Part shown: in pieces, positions 48,177-56,596 of the stretch | Position numbering within the stretch: position 1 is the stretch's first letter | How the letters are laid out: each line of letters starts with the position of its first letter | DNA from: an uncultured Kiritimatiellota bacterium | Lineage (GTDB): Bacteria > Verrucomicrobiota > Kiritimatiellia > RFP12 > UBA1067 | Length of the DNA: 64,000 bases | Reading direction: 5' to 3' | Assembly (NCBI GenBank): GCA_934643865.1 | Contig: CAKUCX010000002.1 | Location: 2,587-66,586 of the forward strand | The notes under the pieces: generated by a model | Seen by the model: only the letters and a program-made list of their open reading frames with translations | Database searches by the model: none | What the model was told of the DNA's origin: nothing | Program-made: the position numbers and the translations under genes

Positions 48177-49715
48177 GTGCCGTTCCTGGAAGAGAAGGGG
48201 TCTTCGCTGCGCCTTGCGTGGGCGGCGGGGCTGTTCATCGCGGGCGAGGCGGCGGGCTTCGCGCTTGCGCCGCGCGGCGGTGCGGGGCTGTGGGGATGGG
48301 GGGCCTTCCTCCTTCTGGCGGGCGGCCTTGCCGCCTGCGGCTGGGGCGTCCGGCACGTCGGCTGGGCGGCGCTTTTCGCCGTTGGCGCCCTCCTTGCGCT
48401 CCGCACGGAAGCGGAGCTGAAGACGGTGCTCGACGGGAACGCGGGCCTCCTTGGCCCGCGTCCGGCCCTGTGCCTTCCCGTGGAGGATGCGGCGACGCGG
48501 CACGACGGGACGAAGGCGGGCGGCGGACGCATCGCCTTTTCTTCGCGCATCGGCCCCCTGCCGCTCAGGGTCGTCCTGCCGGCCGCTGCGGACGGACGGC
48601 TGCCGCAGGTGGGCGAGACGTGGCGGGTGGAAGGCTATCTCGCGCGGACAAAGGAGGTGGCGCGGCGCTATCGGCGGCGGGTGCTGTGGGTCCCTGCGGG
48701 CGGACGGGCGGCCTGCGTGGCCGGGCCCGGCGGTGCGCGCGCGGGCTGGGCGGCGCTCGGGGACGCGCTTGCGCGCTGTGTCGGCGCGGGGCTGTCGTGG
48801 TGCCCTGAGCTTGCAGACCTCAACCGCGCGATTCTGCTGGGGCGGCGCGGCGATCTCCCGCGCGAGCGGAAACGGCAGTTCGCGGACGCGGGGACGCTCC
48901 ATGTCTTCGCGATTTCGGGCCTCCATGTGATGGTGGTGGCCTGGCTTCTTCAGGCGGCGCTCGCGAAGTTCGGCGTCGCGGCCTCGCAGCGCGGCCTCGT
49001 CGCGCTGCCGCTCGTCTGGGCATACGTCGTTCTCACGGGCGCGCGCGCGAGCGCCCTGCGCGCGGCGCTCATGGCGACGCTCCTTCTTCTGGCGCCCGTC
49101 TTCGGGCGGCGGCCGGACGCGCTCGCGGCCTGGTCGGCGACGGCGCTCATCGTCTACGGCCTTGCGCCGGAGCGCCTGTTCGACCTCGGATGCGCGCTCT
49201 CGTTCGCCGTCATGCTCGGCATCGCGCTCTGGTGCGACTGTACGCGGCATGTCGAGCCGTGGTTCGGCGCGAAGAGCCGTTGGCGCGGCTGGGCGGGGGA
49301 CTTCGGCGTCTCCTGCGCGGCGTGGGCGGCGGGCGTGCCGATTATGGCGCATGCGTTCGGGCGCTTCACGCCGGGCGGGCTTCTCGCGAACGTGGCCGTG
49401 CTCGTCTGCGCGAAGTGGATGGTGCGCTTCGGCGTCGGCGGGCTTCTCGCCAGCTTCGTCTGCCTGCCGCTCGCGGCCCTCGTCAACAACCTCGCGGCCG
49501 CGTGTACATGGGCGATGACCGTCGTTTCGGCCGGCGTCGCCGCGCTGCCGTTCTCGAATTTCACCGTGGTGCCCTGGCCGTCCCACGTCTGCGCGCTCTG
49601 GTATCTCGGCTGCCTGCTCGCACTTCTTCTCGCGCCGCGCCTCCTCCCGCGCCGCGGCGTGCGCGCGCGCCGCTGGTGGCCGCGCCGCCGCGCCGAACAT
49701 TCTCAATTGCCGTAG
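48177..49715 (+). CDS. comEC: ComEC/Rec2-like competence membrane protein (DUF4131 plus the competence domain), with no C-terminal metallo-beta-lactamase domain in this ORF.
   Basis: GTG start immediately after the comM stop. Polytopic membrane protein. Competence-domain signature TLHVFAISGLHV. Confidence 0.55.
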   Translation: MPFLEEKGSSLRLAWAAGLFIAGEAAGFALAPRGGAGLWGWGAFLLLAGGLAACGWGVRHVGWAALFAVGALLALRTEAELKTVLDGNAGLLGPRPALCLPVEDAATRHDGTKAGGGRIAFSSRIGPLPLRVVLPAAADGRLPQVGETWRVEGYLARTKEVARRYRRRVLWVPAGGRAACVAGPGGARAGWAALGDALARCVGAGLSWCPELADLNRAILLGRRGDLPRERKRQFADAGTLHVFAISGLHVMVVAWLLQAALAKFGVAASQRGLVALPLVWAYVVLTGARASALRAALMATLLLLAPVFGRRPDALAAWSATALIVYGLAPERLFDLGCALSFAVMLGIALWCDCTRHVEPWFGAKSRWRGWAGDFGVSCAAWAAGVPIMAHAFGRFTPGGLLANVAVLVCAKWMVRFGVGGLLASFVCLPLAALVNNLAAACTWAMTVVSAGVAALPFSNFTVVPWPSHVCALWYLGCLLALLLAPRLLPRRGVRARRWWPRRRAEHSQLP

Positions 49716-49782
49716 GTTCGTAAAAACGCTATACTACGTCTTCACTTTGCCCCGGTCGGGGCGGACAAACGAAGGAACGAAC

Positions 49783-50523
49783 ATGAAGAAGACGATGATG
49801 CTCGCGCTTGGCGCGGCGATGGCGGTGGTGTGCGGTTGCGGCGAGAAGGACAACTCGCTCAAGATGATCACGGAGGCGACGTTCCCGCCCTACGAGTTCC
49901 TGCGCGGGAACGAGATCGTCGGCATCGACGTGGAGATCTGCAAGGCCGTCGCGGCGAAGCTCGGGAAGACGTTCGCCGTCGAGAATGTCGACTTCGACTC
50001 CGTCATCCCCTCGGTCATGTCGGGGAAGGCCGACATCGCGGCCGCCGGCATCACGGTCACGGAGGACCGCAAGAAGAACGTCGACTTCTCCGACGTCTAC
50101 GCGAAGACGGAGATCGTCCTCATCTACAAGAAGTCCGCGCCGGTCCTCACGGCCGAGGACTGCAAGGGCAAGCGCATCGGCGTGCAGGGCGGCAACACCG
50201 CCGAGACGATCGTGATCGAGAAGTTCAAGCAGGAGCCCGAGCGCTTCCGCTCCGCCGCCGAGGCGTGCGCCGCGCTGAAGGCGGGCCGCTGCGACGCCGT
50301 GCTCGTGGACGTGGAGCCGGCGAAGAACTGCGTCCTCGGCGAGGCCGAACTCGCAATCGCCCCCAAGCCGGTCAACCTCGAAGAGTACGCCGTCGCGATC
50401 AAGAAGGGCCGCCCCGCGCTGCTGAAGGCGATCAACGAGACGATCGCCGAGCTCAAGGCGAGCGGCAAGATGGCCGCGATCCGCGCGCAGTACACGAAGG
50501 AAGCCGACGCGCTGAAGAAGTAG
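49783..50523 (+). CDS. Amino-acid ABC transporter substrate-binding protein (family 3 SBP), lipoprotein-like.
   Basis: MKKTMMLALGAAMAVVCGC (lipobox). ITEATFPPYEF...IVGIDVEI...SGKADIAAAGITVTEDRKKNVDFS. Confidence 0.75.
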   Translation: MKKTMMLALGAAMAVVCGCGEKDNSLKMITEATFPPYEFLRGNEIVGIDVEICKAVAAKLGKTFAVENVDFDSVIPSVMSGKADIAAAGITVTEDRKKNVDFSDVYAKTEIVLIYKKSAPVLTAEDCKGKRIGVQGGNTAETIVIEKFKQEPERFRSAAEACAALKAGRCDAVLVDVEPAKNCVLGEAELAIAPKPVNLEEYAVAIKKGRPALLKAINETIAELKASGKMAAIRAQYTKEADALKK

Positions 50524-50577
50524 GTTTTAGGTTTTAGGTTTTAGGTTTCAGGTTTTAGCTGTTAGGTTTTAGGTTTT
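50521..50577 (+). repeat. Heptanucleotide tandem repeat (TAGGTTT) x ~8 (units 5-6 imperfect) in the 63-bp gap between the two paralogous SBP genes. The first unit includes the TAG stop of the upstream gene.
   Basis: taggttttaggttttaggttttaggtttcaggttttagctgttaggttttaggttttagagg read directly. Confidence 0.8.
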
Positions 50578-50586
50578 AGAGGAGAG

Positions 50587-51327
50587 GTGGACATGAGGAA
50601 ACTGATGGTTGCGCTGGCGGCGGCGGTTCTGCTTGCGGGATGCACGGAGAAGAACCCGTCCCTCAAGATGATCACGGAGGCGACGTTCCCGCCGTATGAG
50701 TTCCTGCGCGGGCAGGAGATCGTCGGCATCGACGTGGAGATCTGCCGGGCCGTCGCGGCGAAGCTCGGCCGGCCGTTCTCGGTCGAGTCGGTCAACTTCG
50801 ACTCCGTCATCCCGACGGTCATCTCCGGGAAGGCCGACCTCGCGGCCGCCGGCATCACGATCACGGAAGACCGCAAGAAGAACGTCGACTTCTCGGTCCC
50901 CTACGTGAAGACGGGCGTCATCTTCGTCTACAAGAAGGGGACTTCCTACGCGAAGGGCGCGGACGCGAAGGGCAAGAAGGTCGGCGTGCAGAGCGGCACG
51001 ACGAGCGAGGCGTTCGTGACGGAGACGCTCAAGCAGCAGCCCGAGCGCTTCGACTCGCCGGCGGCGGCCGTCGCGGCCCTCAAGGCGGGCCGGGTCGACG
51101 TCGTCATCGCCGACATCGATCCCGCGAAGAACTGCGTGAAGGGCGAGGCCGACCTCGCGCTCTCCGGCTTCATCACGTCCGAGGAGTACGCCGTCGCGAT
51201 CCGCAAGGGCCAGCCCGCGCTCCTGAAGGCGATCAACGAGACGATCGCCGAGGTGAAGGCCGACGGTCGGCTCGCGAAGTGGGTCGAGGCCTACACGGCC
51301 GAGGCGGACAGGCTGAAGGAAAAATAA
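50587..51327 (+). CDS. Amino-acid ABC transporter substrate-binding protein, tandem paralog of 49783..50523.
   Basis: ITEATFPPYEFLRGQEIVGIDVEICRAVAAKLG...SGKADLAAAGITITEDRKKNVDFS is near-identical to the upstream gene in its N-terminal half. Confidence 0.75.
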   Translation: MDMRKLMVALAAAVLLAGCTEKNPSLKMITEATFPPYEFLRGQEIVGIDVEICRAVAAKLGRPFSVESVNFDSVIPTVISGKADLAAAGITITEDRKKNVDFSVPYVKTGVIFVYKKGTSYAKGADAKGKKVGVQSGTTSEAFVTETLKQQPERFDSPAAAVAALKAGRVDVVIADIDPAKNCVKGEADLALSGFITSEEYAVAIRKGQPALLKAINETIAEVKADGRLAKWVEAYTAEADRLKEK

Positions 51328-51337
51328 TCTCCGCCGC

Positions 51338-52045
51338 ATGGTCCAGTCCTTGCTAGACGACTTCCAGCTCTGCTTCGTCAAGAACGGACGCTGGCGCTAC
51401 CTCTGGGAGGGCCTCGGCGTCACGCTGGAGGTCGCGCTGACGGCGATCGCGCTCGGTCTCGTGATCGGGTTCCTCGTCGCCATCGTCCGCTCGTCGCACG
51501 ACAAGTACGGGCGCTTCTTCGTCCTGAACGCGCTCGCGAAGGTCTATCTCACGATCATCCGCGGCACGCCGATGGTGGTGCAGCTCCTGATCTGCTACTT
51601 CATCATCATGAAGTCGCTCGACAAGGTCGCCGTCGCGATTCTCGCCTTCGGCATCAATTCGGGCGCCTACCAGGCGGAGATCCTGCGCGCGGGCATCATG
51701 TCCATCGACCCCGGGCAGATGGAGGCCGGGCGCGCACTCGGCCTCGGCTACTGGAAGACGATGCTCCGGATCGTCCTGCCGCAGGCGGTGCGCAACGTCC
51801 TGCCCGCGCTCGGCAACGAGTTCATCGTCCTCATGAAGGACACGTCCATCGTCGGCTACATCGCGCTCAGGGACCTCGCCAAGGGCGGCGACATCATCCG
51901 CTCCCAGACGTATTCCGTCTACACGCCCTACCTCACGGTCGCGGCGATCTACCTCGTTCTGGTGATGACGTTCACCTGGCTTCTCGGGAAGCTGGAGCGC
52001 CATCTCCGCAACACCGGCGCGGACGTCGTCCACAACGACTCGTAG
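51338..52045 (+). CDS. Polar amino-acid ABC transporter permease (His/Glu/Gln/Arg/opine family).
   Basis: Five TM segments. Conserved EAA-loop-like IMSIDPGQMEAGRALGLGYWKTMLRIVLPQA. Confidence 0.8.
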   Translation: MVQSLLDDFQLCFVKNGRWRYLWEGLGVTLEVALTAIALGLVIGFLVAIVRSSHDKYGRFFVLNALAKVYLTIIRGTPMVVQLLICYFIIMKSLDKVAVAILAFGINSGAYQAEILRAGIMSIDPGQMEAGRALGLGYWKTMLRIVLPQAVRNVLPALGNEFIVLMKDTSIVGYIALRDLAKGGDIIRSQTYSVYTPYLTVAAIYLVLVMTFTWLLGKLERHLRNTGADVVHNDS

Positions 52046-52188
52046 CCTGGACAGAGGTGCGGGGGCGGCCGGCGGCGCGTTTGCACGTTCTTCGGATTCG
52101 TGCTTGCGCGACGGGCAACGAGATGGTAAACTACCACGACTTTTTTGGAGTCCGAAGATCCGAAAGCTTGAAAGTGAGGTGACATGGC

Positions 52189-52389
52189 ATGGCGATTCAG
52201 CTGAAGCTGAAAAAGGGCGAAACCGTCGAGCGCGGCCTTAAGCGCTTGAAGAAGATCCTCGACAAGGAGGGCGTCATCAAGACGCTGCGCGATCAGCGCT
52301 ACTTCGAGAAGCCCTGCGTGAAGGCGCGCAAGAAATCTGCGCGCGCGCGCATCCGGGCGCGGTCCCGCCGTCGTTCGCAGGAATTCTGA
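52189..52389 (+). CDS. rpsU: 30S ribosomal protein S21.
   Basis: MAIQLKLKKGETVERGLKRLKKILDKEGVIKTLRDQRYFEKPCVKARKKSARARIR... Confidence 0.85.
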   Translation: MAIQLKLKKGETVERGLKRLKKILDKEGVIKTLRDQRYFEKPCVKARKKSARARIRARSRRRSQEF

Positions 52390-52414
52390 TTCCTGTAGGC
52401 CGACATGCCGAAAC

Positions 52415-52444
52415 GAAGCGCCGCAACGTCCGTTGCGGCGCTTC
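52415..52444. terminator. GC-rich hairpin (14-bp stem gaagcgccgcaacg / cgttgcggcgcttc, 2-nt loop) between the convergent rpsU and hpt genes, with no clear U-tract.
   Basis: Direct reading. Located 26 nt after the rpsU stop. Confidence 0.35.
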
Positions 52445-52513
52445 GTCATTAAGTCGCTTCGCTTTAAGTGGTTAAGTCGTTAAGTTCTGCCATTACACTG
52501 AAAACCACAGTTT

Positions 52514-52540
52514 CCAGAATTAGGTCAGACCTAATTCTGG
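52514..52540. repeat. 27-bp perfect palindrome CCAGAATTAGGTC-A-GACCTAATTCTGG. Its 22-bp core aggtcagacctaattctggagg is repeated directly at ~52608-52629.
   Basis: Direct reading. Both copies lie in an unusually A+T-rich ~240-bp gap in a high-GC genome. Confidence 0.7.
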
Positions 52541-52602
52541 AGGTTGGTTGATGATTTTTGCCACGATTGCCGAAACAATGACCAAACCTCCAAAATCAGG
52601 TC

Positions 52603-52629
52603 AGACCTAATTCTGGAGGTCAACTTAAT
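52603..52629. repeat. Second, slightly degenerate copy of the 27-bp palindrome (CCAAAATCAGGTC-A-GACCTAATTCTGG).
   Basis: Direct reading. 2 mismatches in the left arm relative to copy 1. Confidence 0.65.
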
Positions 52630-52636
52630 CACTTAA

Positions 52637-53200
52637 CTACTTAATCTTCATCAGCGCGGCGAGGACTTCGTCCTTCTCGGCGATTTCGGCGGGGGTGAGG
52701 CCCTCGATTTCATGGGGAAAGACAATCCAGCTTTCGAGCGTGCGCACGTGGAAGTCGGGCTTGTAGGCGGTGAGGTTCTTCTCGGGCTTCCAGTAGACGC
52801 ATGCCATGCGCATGTCGCAGCCGCAGGCGACGAGGCGCTCGTGGACGGCGACGGCCGTGCGGCCCGTGTCGAAGACGTCATCGACGACGAGCACCTTCGT
52901 GCCGGGCTTGAGCTGTGCCAAGACGCCGTCGGCATGCTCGAACGTCACCTTGGCGCAGCGTGTGCCGATGCCGGTGTAGCTGGAGCACTTGATGGGCATA
53001 TGGCGCACCGAAACGCCCTGCACCTTGAGGTATTCGTGGACGGCGACGCCGACTTCCGCGCCTCCGCGCCAGAGGGCGAGCAGCACGTCGGGCCGCCAGC
53101 CGGAGTCGAGAACCTGGCGCGCGAGGCGCCACATGTCGCGCAGGTAGTCGCGCGCGTCGAGATAGACTTTCTTTTCTTTTGGCATAGGAAGATGGAGCAT
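52637..53200 (-). CDS. hpt: Hypoxanthine/guanine phosphoribosyltransferase-like PRTase.
   Basis: PRPP-binding motif VLVVDDVFDTGRTA; overall ~185 aa, the typical Hpt size. Confidence 0.75.
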   Translation of the reverse strand: MLHLPMPKEKKVYLDARDYLRDMWRLARQVLDSGWRPDVLLALWRGGAEVGVAVHEYLKVQGVSVRHMPIKCSSYTGIGTRCAKVTFEHADGVLAQLKPGTKVLVVDDVFDTGRTAVAVHERLVACGCDMRMACVYWKPEKNLTAYKPDFHVRTLESWIVFPHEIEGLTPAEIAEKDEVLAALMKIK

Positions 53201-53277
53201 ACCATTTCCCGTCGTGCGCGTCCATGGAAAGCGATTCCCCTCCGCCGTGCGTCGCCGCCGTGTGGACGCGGCGGGGA

Positions 53278-53288
53278 TATGCTATACT
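53278..53288 (+). promoter_or_regulatory. Extended -10-like TATGCTATACT followed by GGCGGCGTGAAAACGTCAAATCGG, a near-duplicate of the promoter/leader at 55022.
   Basis: Direct comparison of 53278-53320 with 55022-55064. Confidence 0.4.
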
Positions 53289-53419
53289 GGCGGCGTGAAA
53301 ACGTCAAATCGGGCAGTCGGCGCGGGCGGCGAGACGGTGGCCTCCGTGGCCGGCCGGTCGCACGCCGGGGTGCGCGTATGCCCAACGGCCCAACGCCGCA
53401 TGAACGAAGGAAAACGGAG

Positions 53420-55021
53420 ATGACCATGAAACGGATGTTGCTCCCCCTTGTGACGCTCTTTGCCGGAACGGTTCCGGCGATGGACTTCATCAATCTGACG
53501 GCGCCCGACGCCGTGCAGGTCGACGGACAACCCGCCGGCGCGCGCGTCGTCCTGGCGGACGACGGCACGCTCACCCTGAACGGCGGGACGGCGTCGTGCG
53601 TCGAACTCGTCTGGCGGGGGCGCCTCGGGGCGGAGACGAAGGTCCTCGGCGGCATGTGGGAGCGCACCTACGGCGACAGCGCCTGGCGGCGCGTCGACGC
53701 GCCGAAGGCGCCGCGCGGCGGGGCGATGGCGTGGTATGTCCTCGCGACGGACGGCACGCGCACCGACGGCTACGGCGTGAAGGTGCAGCCGAACGCCTTT
53801 GCGTGCTGGCGGGCCTTCCCGGATCGCCTGACGCTGCGCCTCGACGTGCGGGCCGGCGCGTCGCCCGTGGCGCTGGGGGACCGCGCGCTCGCGCTCTGCA
53901 CGCTCGTCTCCCGCAAGGGCGCGGAAGGGGAGCGTCCGTTCGCGGCGGGGCGCGCGTTCTGCCGCGCGATGTGCCCCGCGCCGCGCCTCCCGTCCGCGCC
54001 GGTCTACGGCTACAACGACTGGTACTGCGCCTACGGGAAGAACACGGCGACGAACTTCCTGGCCGACGCGAAGTTCCTCGTCGAGGCAATGGACGCCCAG
54101 CCGGGCGCGCCCGTGGCGAACCGTCCGTTCGTCGTCGTGGACGACGGCTGGCAGAACGCGCTCAAGCGCGGCGGCGACCCCTCGAAGCCGGGCGGACAGT
54201 GGGGTGCGGTCAACCCGCACTGGGGCATGCCGATGGAGGAGTTCGCGCGGCGCGTGAAGGCGCTCGGCGCGCGGCCGGGCCTCTGGTACCGTCCCTTCGA
54301 CCCGGACGAGGGCAAGGAGGCCCTGCCCGTCGACCCGACCGACCCCAAGTGGGAGCGGCGCCTGCGCGCCGAGCTCGCCCGCTTCGCCGACTGGGGCATG
54401 GCGCTCGTCAAGATCGACTTCATCACCTACGACTGGGGGTTCACCTGGGGCTTCGAGCTTGAGGACTCGCCCGTGAAGAAGCCGCTCGCGGCGTGGCGTG
54501 ACCGTTCGCGGACGTCGGCGGAGGTCGTGCGCGGCCTCTACCGGGCGATGCGCGAGGCGGCGGGCGAGCGGATGCTGATCATCGGCTGCAACGCGATCGA
54601 CCATTTCGCCGCCGGGCTCTTCGAGCTGCAGCGCACGGGCGACGACACGAGCGGCCGCGAGTGGGCGCGCACGCGGAAGATGGGGCCGAACACGCTCGGC
54701 ATGCGCGCCATCCACAACGGCACGTTCTACCTGAACGACGGCGACTGCGTGGGCCTCGTGAACGCGGGCGACGTCCCGTGGCACCTGAACCGCCAGTGGC
54801 TCGACCTCGTCGCGCGCAGCGGCACGGCGCTCTTCACGAGCTGGAAGCGGAGCCTCGCGGCGGATCCCGAGGTCGCGCGCGCGCTGGGGGCGGCGTGGAA
54901 GACCGCCTCACGTCCGGCGGCGACGGGCGAACCGCTCGACTGGCTGGAGACGCCGCGTCCGCAGCGGTGGCGCTTCGGCGACGGGGACACCGTGACGTAC
55001 GATTGGGACGAGCGGCGGTGA
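53420..55021 (+). CDS. Secreted glycoside hydrolase, alpha-galactosidase-like (GH27/GH36-type).
   Basis: RBS aaggaaaacggaga. Signal peptide MTMKRMLLPLVTLFAGTVPA. FVVVDDGWQNALKRGGDP block. Confidence 0.55.
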   Translation: MTMKRMLLPLVTLFAGTVPAMDFINLTAPDAVQVDGQPAGARVVLADDGTLTLNGGTASCVELVWRGRLGAETKVLGGMWERTYGDSAWRRVDAPKAPRGGAMAWYVLATDGTRTDGYGVKVQPNAFACWRAFPDRLTLRLDVRAGASPVALGDRALALCTLVSRKGAEGERPFAAGRAFCRAMCPAPRLPSAPVYGYNDWYCAYGKNTATNFLADAKFLVEAMDAQPGAPVANRPFVVVDDGWQNALKRGGDPSKPGGQWGAVNPHWGMPMEEFARRVKALGARPGLWYRPFDPDEGKEALPVDPTDPKWERRLRAELARFADWGMALVKIDFITYDWGFTWGFELEDSPVKKPLAAWRDRSRTSAEVVRGLYRAMREAAGERMLIIGCNAIDHFAAGLFELQRTGDDTSGREWARTRKMGPNTLGMRAIHNGTFYLNDGDCVGLVNAGDVPWHLNRQWLDLVARSGTALFTSWKRSLAADPEVARALGAAWKTASRPAATGEPLDWLETPRPQRWRFGDGDTVTYDWDERR

Positions 55022-55032
55022 TGTGCTATACT
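55022..55032 (+). promoter_or_regulatory. Extended -10 promoter TGTGCTATACT with the ATG 7 nt downstream (leaderless-type start for the Gfo/Idh/MocA gene).
   Basis: Direct reading: tgtgctatactcgcggcATG. Confidence 0.45.
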
Positions 55033-55038
55033 CGCGGC

Positions 55039-56538
55039 ATGAAAACGTTGAATCGGTCGGTCAGCCGCCGCGCGTTCGTGACGGGCGGCCTCTTCGCCGC
55101 CGCCGCGTTCCCGTTCATCGGGCACGGACGGAACGCCGTCGGCAAGGCGACGCTCGCGCTCATCGGCGCGGGCAAGCAGGGGCGCGACCTCCTGCATGCG
55201 TTTCTGGGGCAGCCGAACCTCGTCGTGACGGCGGTGTGCGACTGCGACCGCGTGCGCCGCGAGGACCGTGCGCGCGTGGTGAACGACTACTACGCGGCCA
55301 ACCCGCAGCTCGGCGTGCCGGGGACGGCGTGCCGCGCGGTGGCCGACTTCCGCGCCGTCTTCGCCGACCCCTCCTTCGACATGGTGTGCATCGCGACGCC
55401 GGACCACTGGCACGCCTACATGGCCGTGGAGGCGATGAAGGCCGGGAAGGACGTCTACTGCGAGAAGCCGCTCACCCACACCGTGGAGGAGGCGAAGGCC
55501 GTGATGGCGGCGGCCGCGAAGTACGGGCGCATCCTCCAGACGGGCGCGATGCAGCGCTCGGGGATCGAGTTCCGCACGGCGTGCATGGTCGTGCGCAACG
55601 GCGGCATCGGGCGCGTCTCGCTTGTGGACGTGAACTACGGCGGGCCGTCCCGCCCCCACCGCGACTTCGAGAACCCCGCGAACGCGGCGGCGGAGGGGGC
55701 GCCGAACCCGGACGTCGACTTCGACATGTGGTGCGGCGGCGCGCCGCGCGTCAAATATTCGGACTGCCTGGCGCCGCGCGGCGTCCACGACTTCTTCCCG
55801 ATGTTCTGGCGCTTCGACGACTACTTCGGCCTCGGCATGTGCGGGGACTGGGGGGCGCACCACCTCGACATCGCCCAGTGGGGCCTGGGGCTCGACGGGA
55901 GCGGCCCCGTCAAGGTCGTCAAGTCGGCGCTCGCGTCCTCGCGCAACCCCTTCGACGGCGGACGCCGCCAGCGCGGCATGTCGTTCGTCTGCGCAGACGG
56001 CTGCGTCATCCGCCACAATCCCTACGGCGGCTCCGTCTGGGGTGTGATCTTCTACGGCACGGAGGGCGTCGTGGCGGTGAACCGCGGGCGGCTCGCCGTG
56101 TGGCGCGGCGCGGGCGTCGCGCCCGACGCGGCCCTGCAGGCGCGGCTCAACGAGGGGACCTTCGACGCGATGCCGCGCGTCGCCTTCTGGCATGCCCCGC
56201 GCGCGGGTGAACCGCCGCGCCCGGCAAACGACCGCAGTCTCCTCGACGCGGTGAACAGGGCGACGAAGGCGTTCGGGCTCAAGAAGGCGAAGGTGCAGCT
56301 CTACAAGGCGAACGGGCATCCGTCGGACTTCGTGTCCTGCGTCCAGACGCGCCGGCAGCCCTGCTCGCCGGCGGAGGTCGGCGCACGCGCGTCGATCCTC
56401 TGCAACCTCTGCAACCTGAGCTACGTCCACGACGCGGGCTTCGACTGGGATCCCGTGCGGAATGTCTTCGCGAACGGCACGGGCGACGCCGCCTGGCTCA
56501 CAAAGGCCTACCGGGCGCCGTGGGCGGTGAGGCCGTAG
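55039..56538 (+). CDS. Gfo/Idh/MocA-family NAD(P)-dependent oxidoreductase with a TAT signal peptide.
   Basis: MKTLNRSVSRRAFVTGGLFAAAAFPF (RR motif). ...LALIGAGKQGRDLL (Rossmann GxGxxG). Confidence 0.8.
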   Translation: MKTLNRSVSRRAFVTGGLFAAAAFPFIGHGRNAVGKATLALIGAGKQGRDLLHAFLGQPNLVVTAVCDCDRVRREDRARVVNDYYAANPQLGVPGTACRAVADFRAVFADPSFDMVCIATPDHWHAYMAVEAMKAGKDVYCEKPLTHTVEEAKAVMAAAAKYGRILQTGAMQRSGIEFRTACMVVRNGGIGRVSLVDVNYGGPSRPHRDFENPANAAAEGAPNPDVDFDMWCGGAPRVKYSDCLAPRGVHDFFPMFWRFDDYFGLGMCGDWGAHHLDIAQWGLGLDGSGPVKVVKSALASSRNPFDGGRRQRGMSFVCADGCVIRHNPYGGSVWGVIFYGTEGVVAVNRGRLAVWRGAGVAPDAALQARLNEGTFDAMPRVAFWHAPRAGEPPRPANDRSLLDAVNRATKAFGLKKAKVQLYKANGHPSDFVSCVQTRRQPCSPAEVGARASILCNLCNLSYVHDAGFDWDPVRNVFANGTGDAAWLTKAYRAPWAVRP

Positions 56539-56579
56539 ACTCCGAGGACCGCGAACCCCGATCATCGCGGGCGGGGGAT

Positions 56580-56590
56580 TGTGGTATAAT
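56580..56590 (+). promoter_or_regulatory. Extended -10 promoter TGTGGTATAAT, 6 nt upstream of the ATG of the AAA-ATPase gene (leaderless-type).
   Basis: Direct reading: tgtggtataatgcgggcATG. Confidence 0.45.
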
Positions 56591-56596
56591 GCGGGC

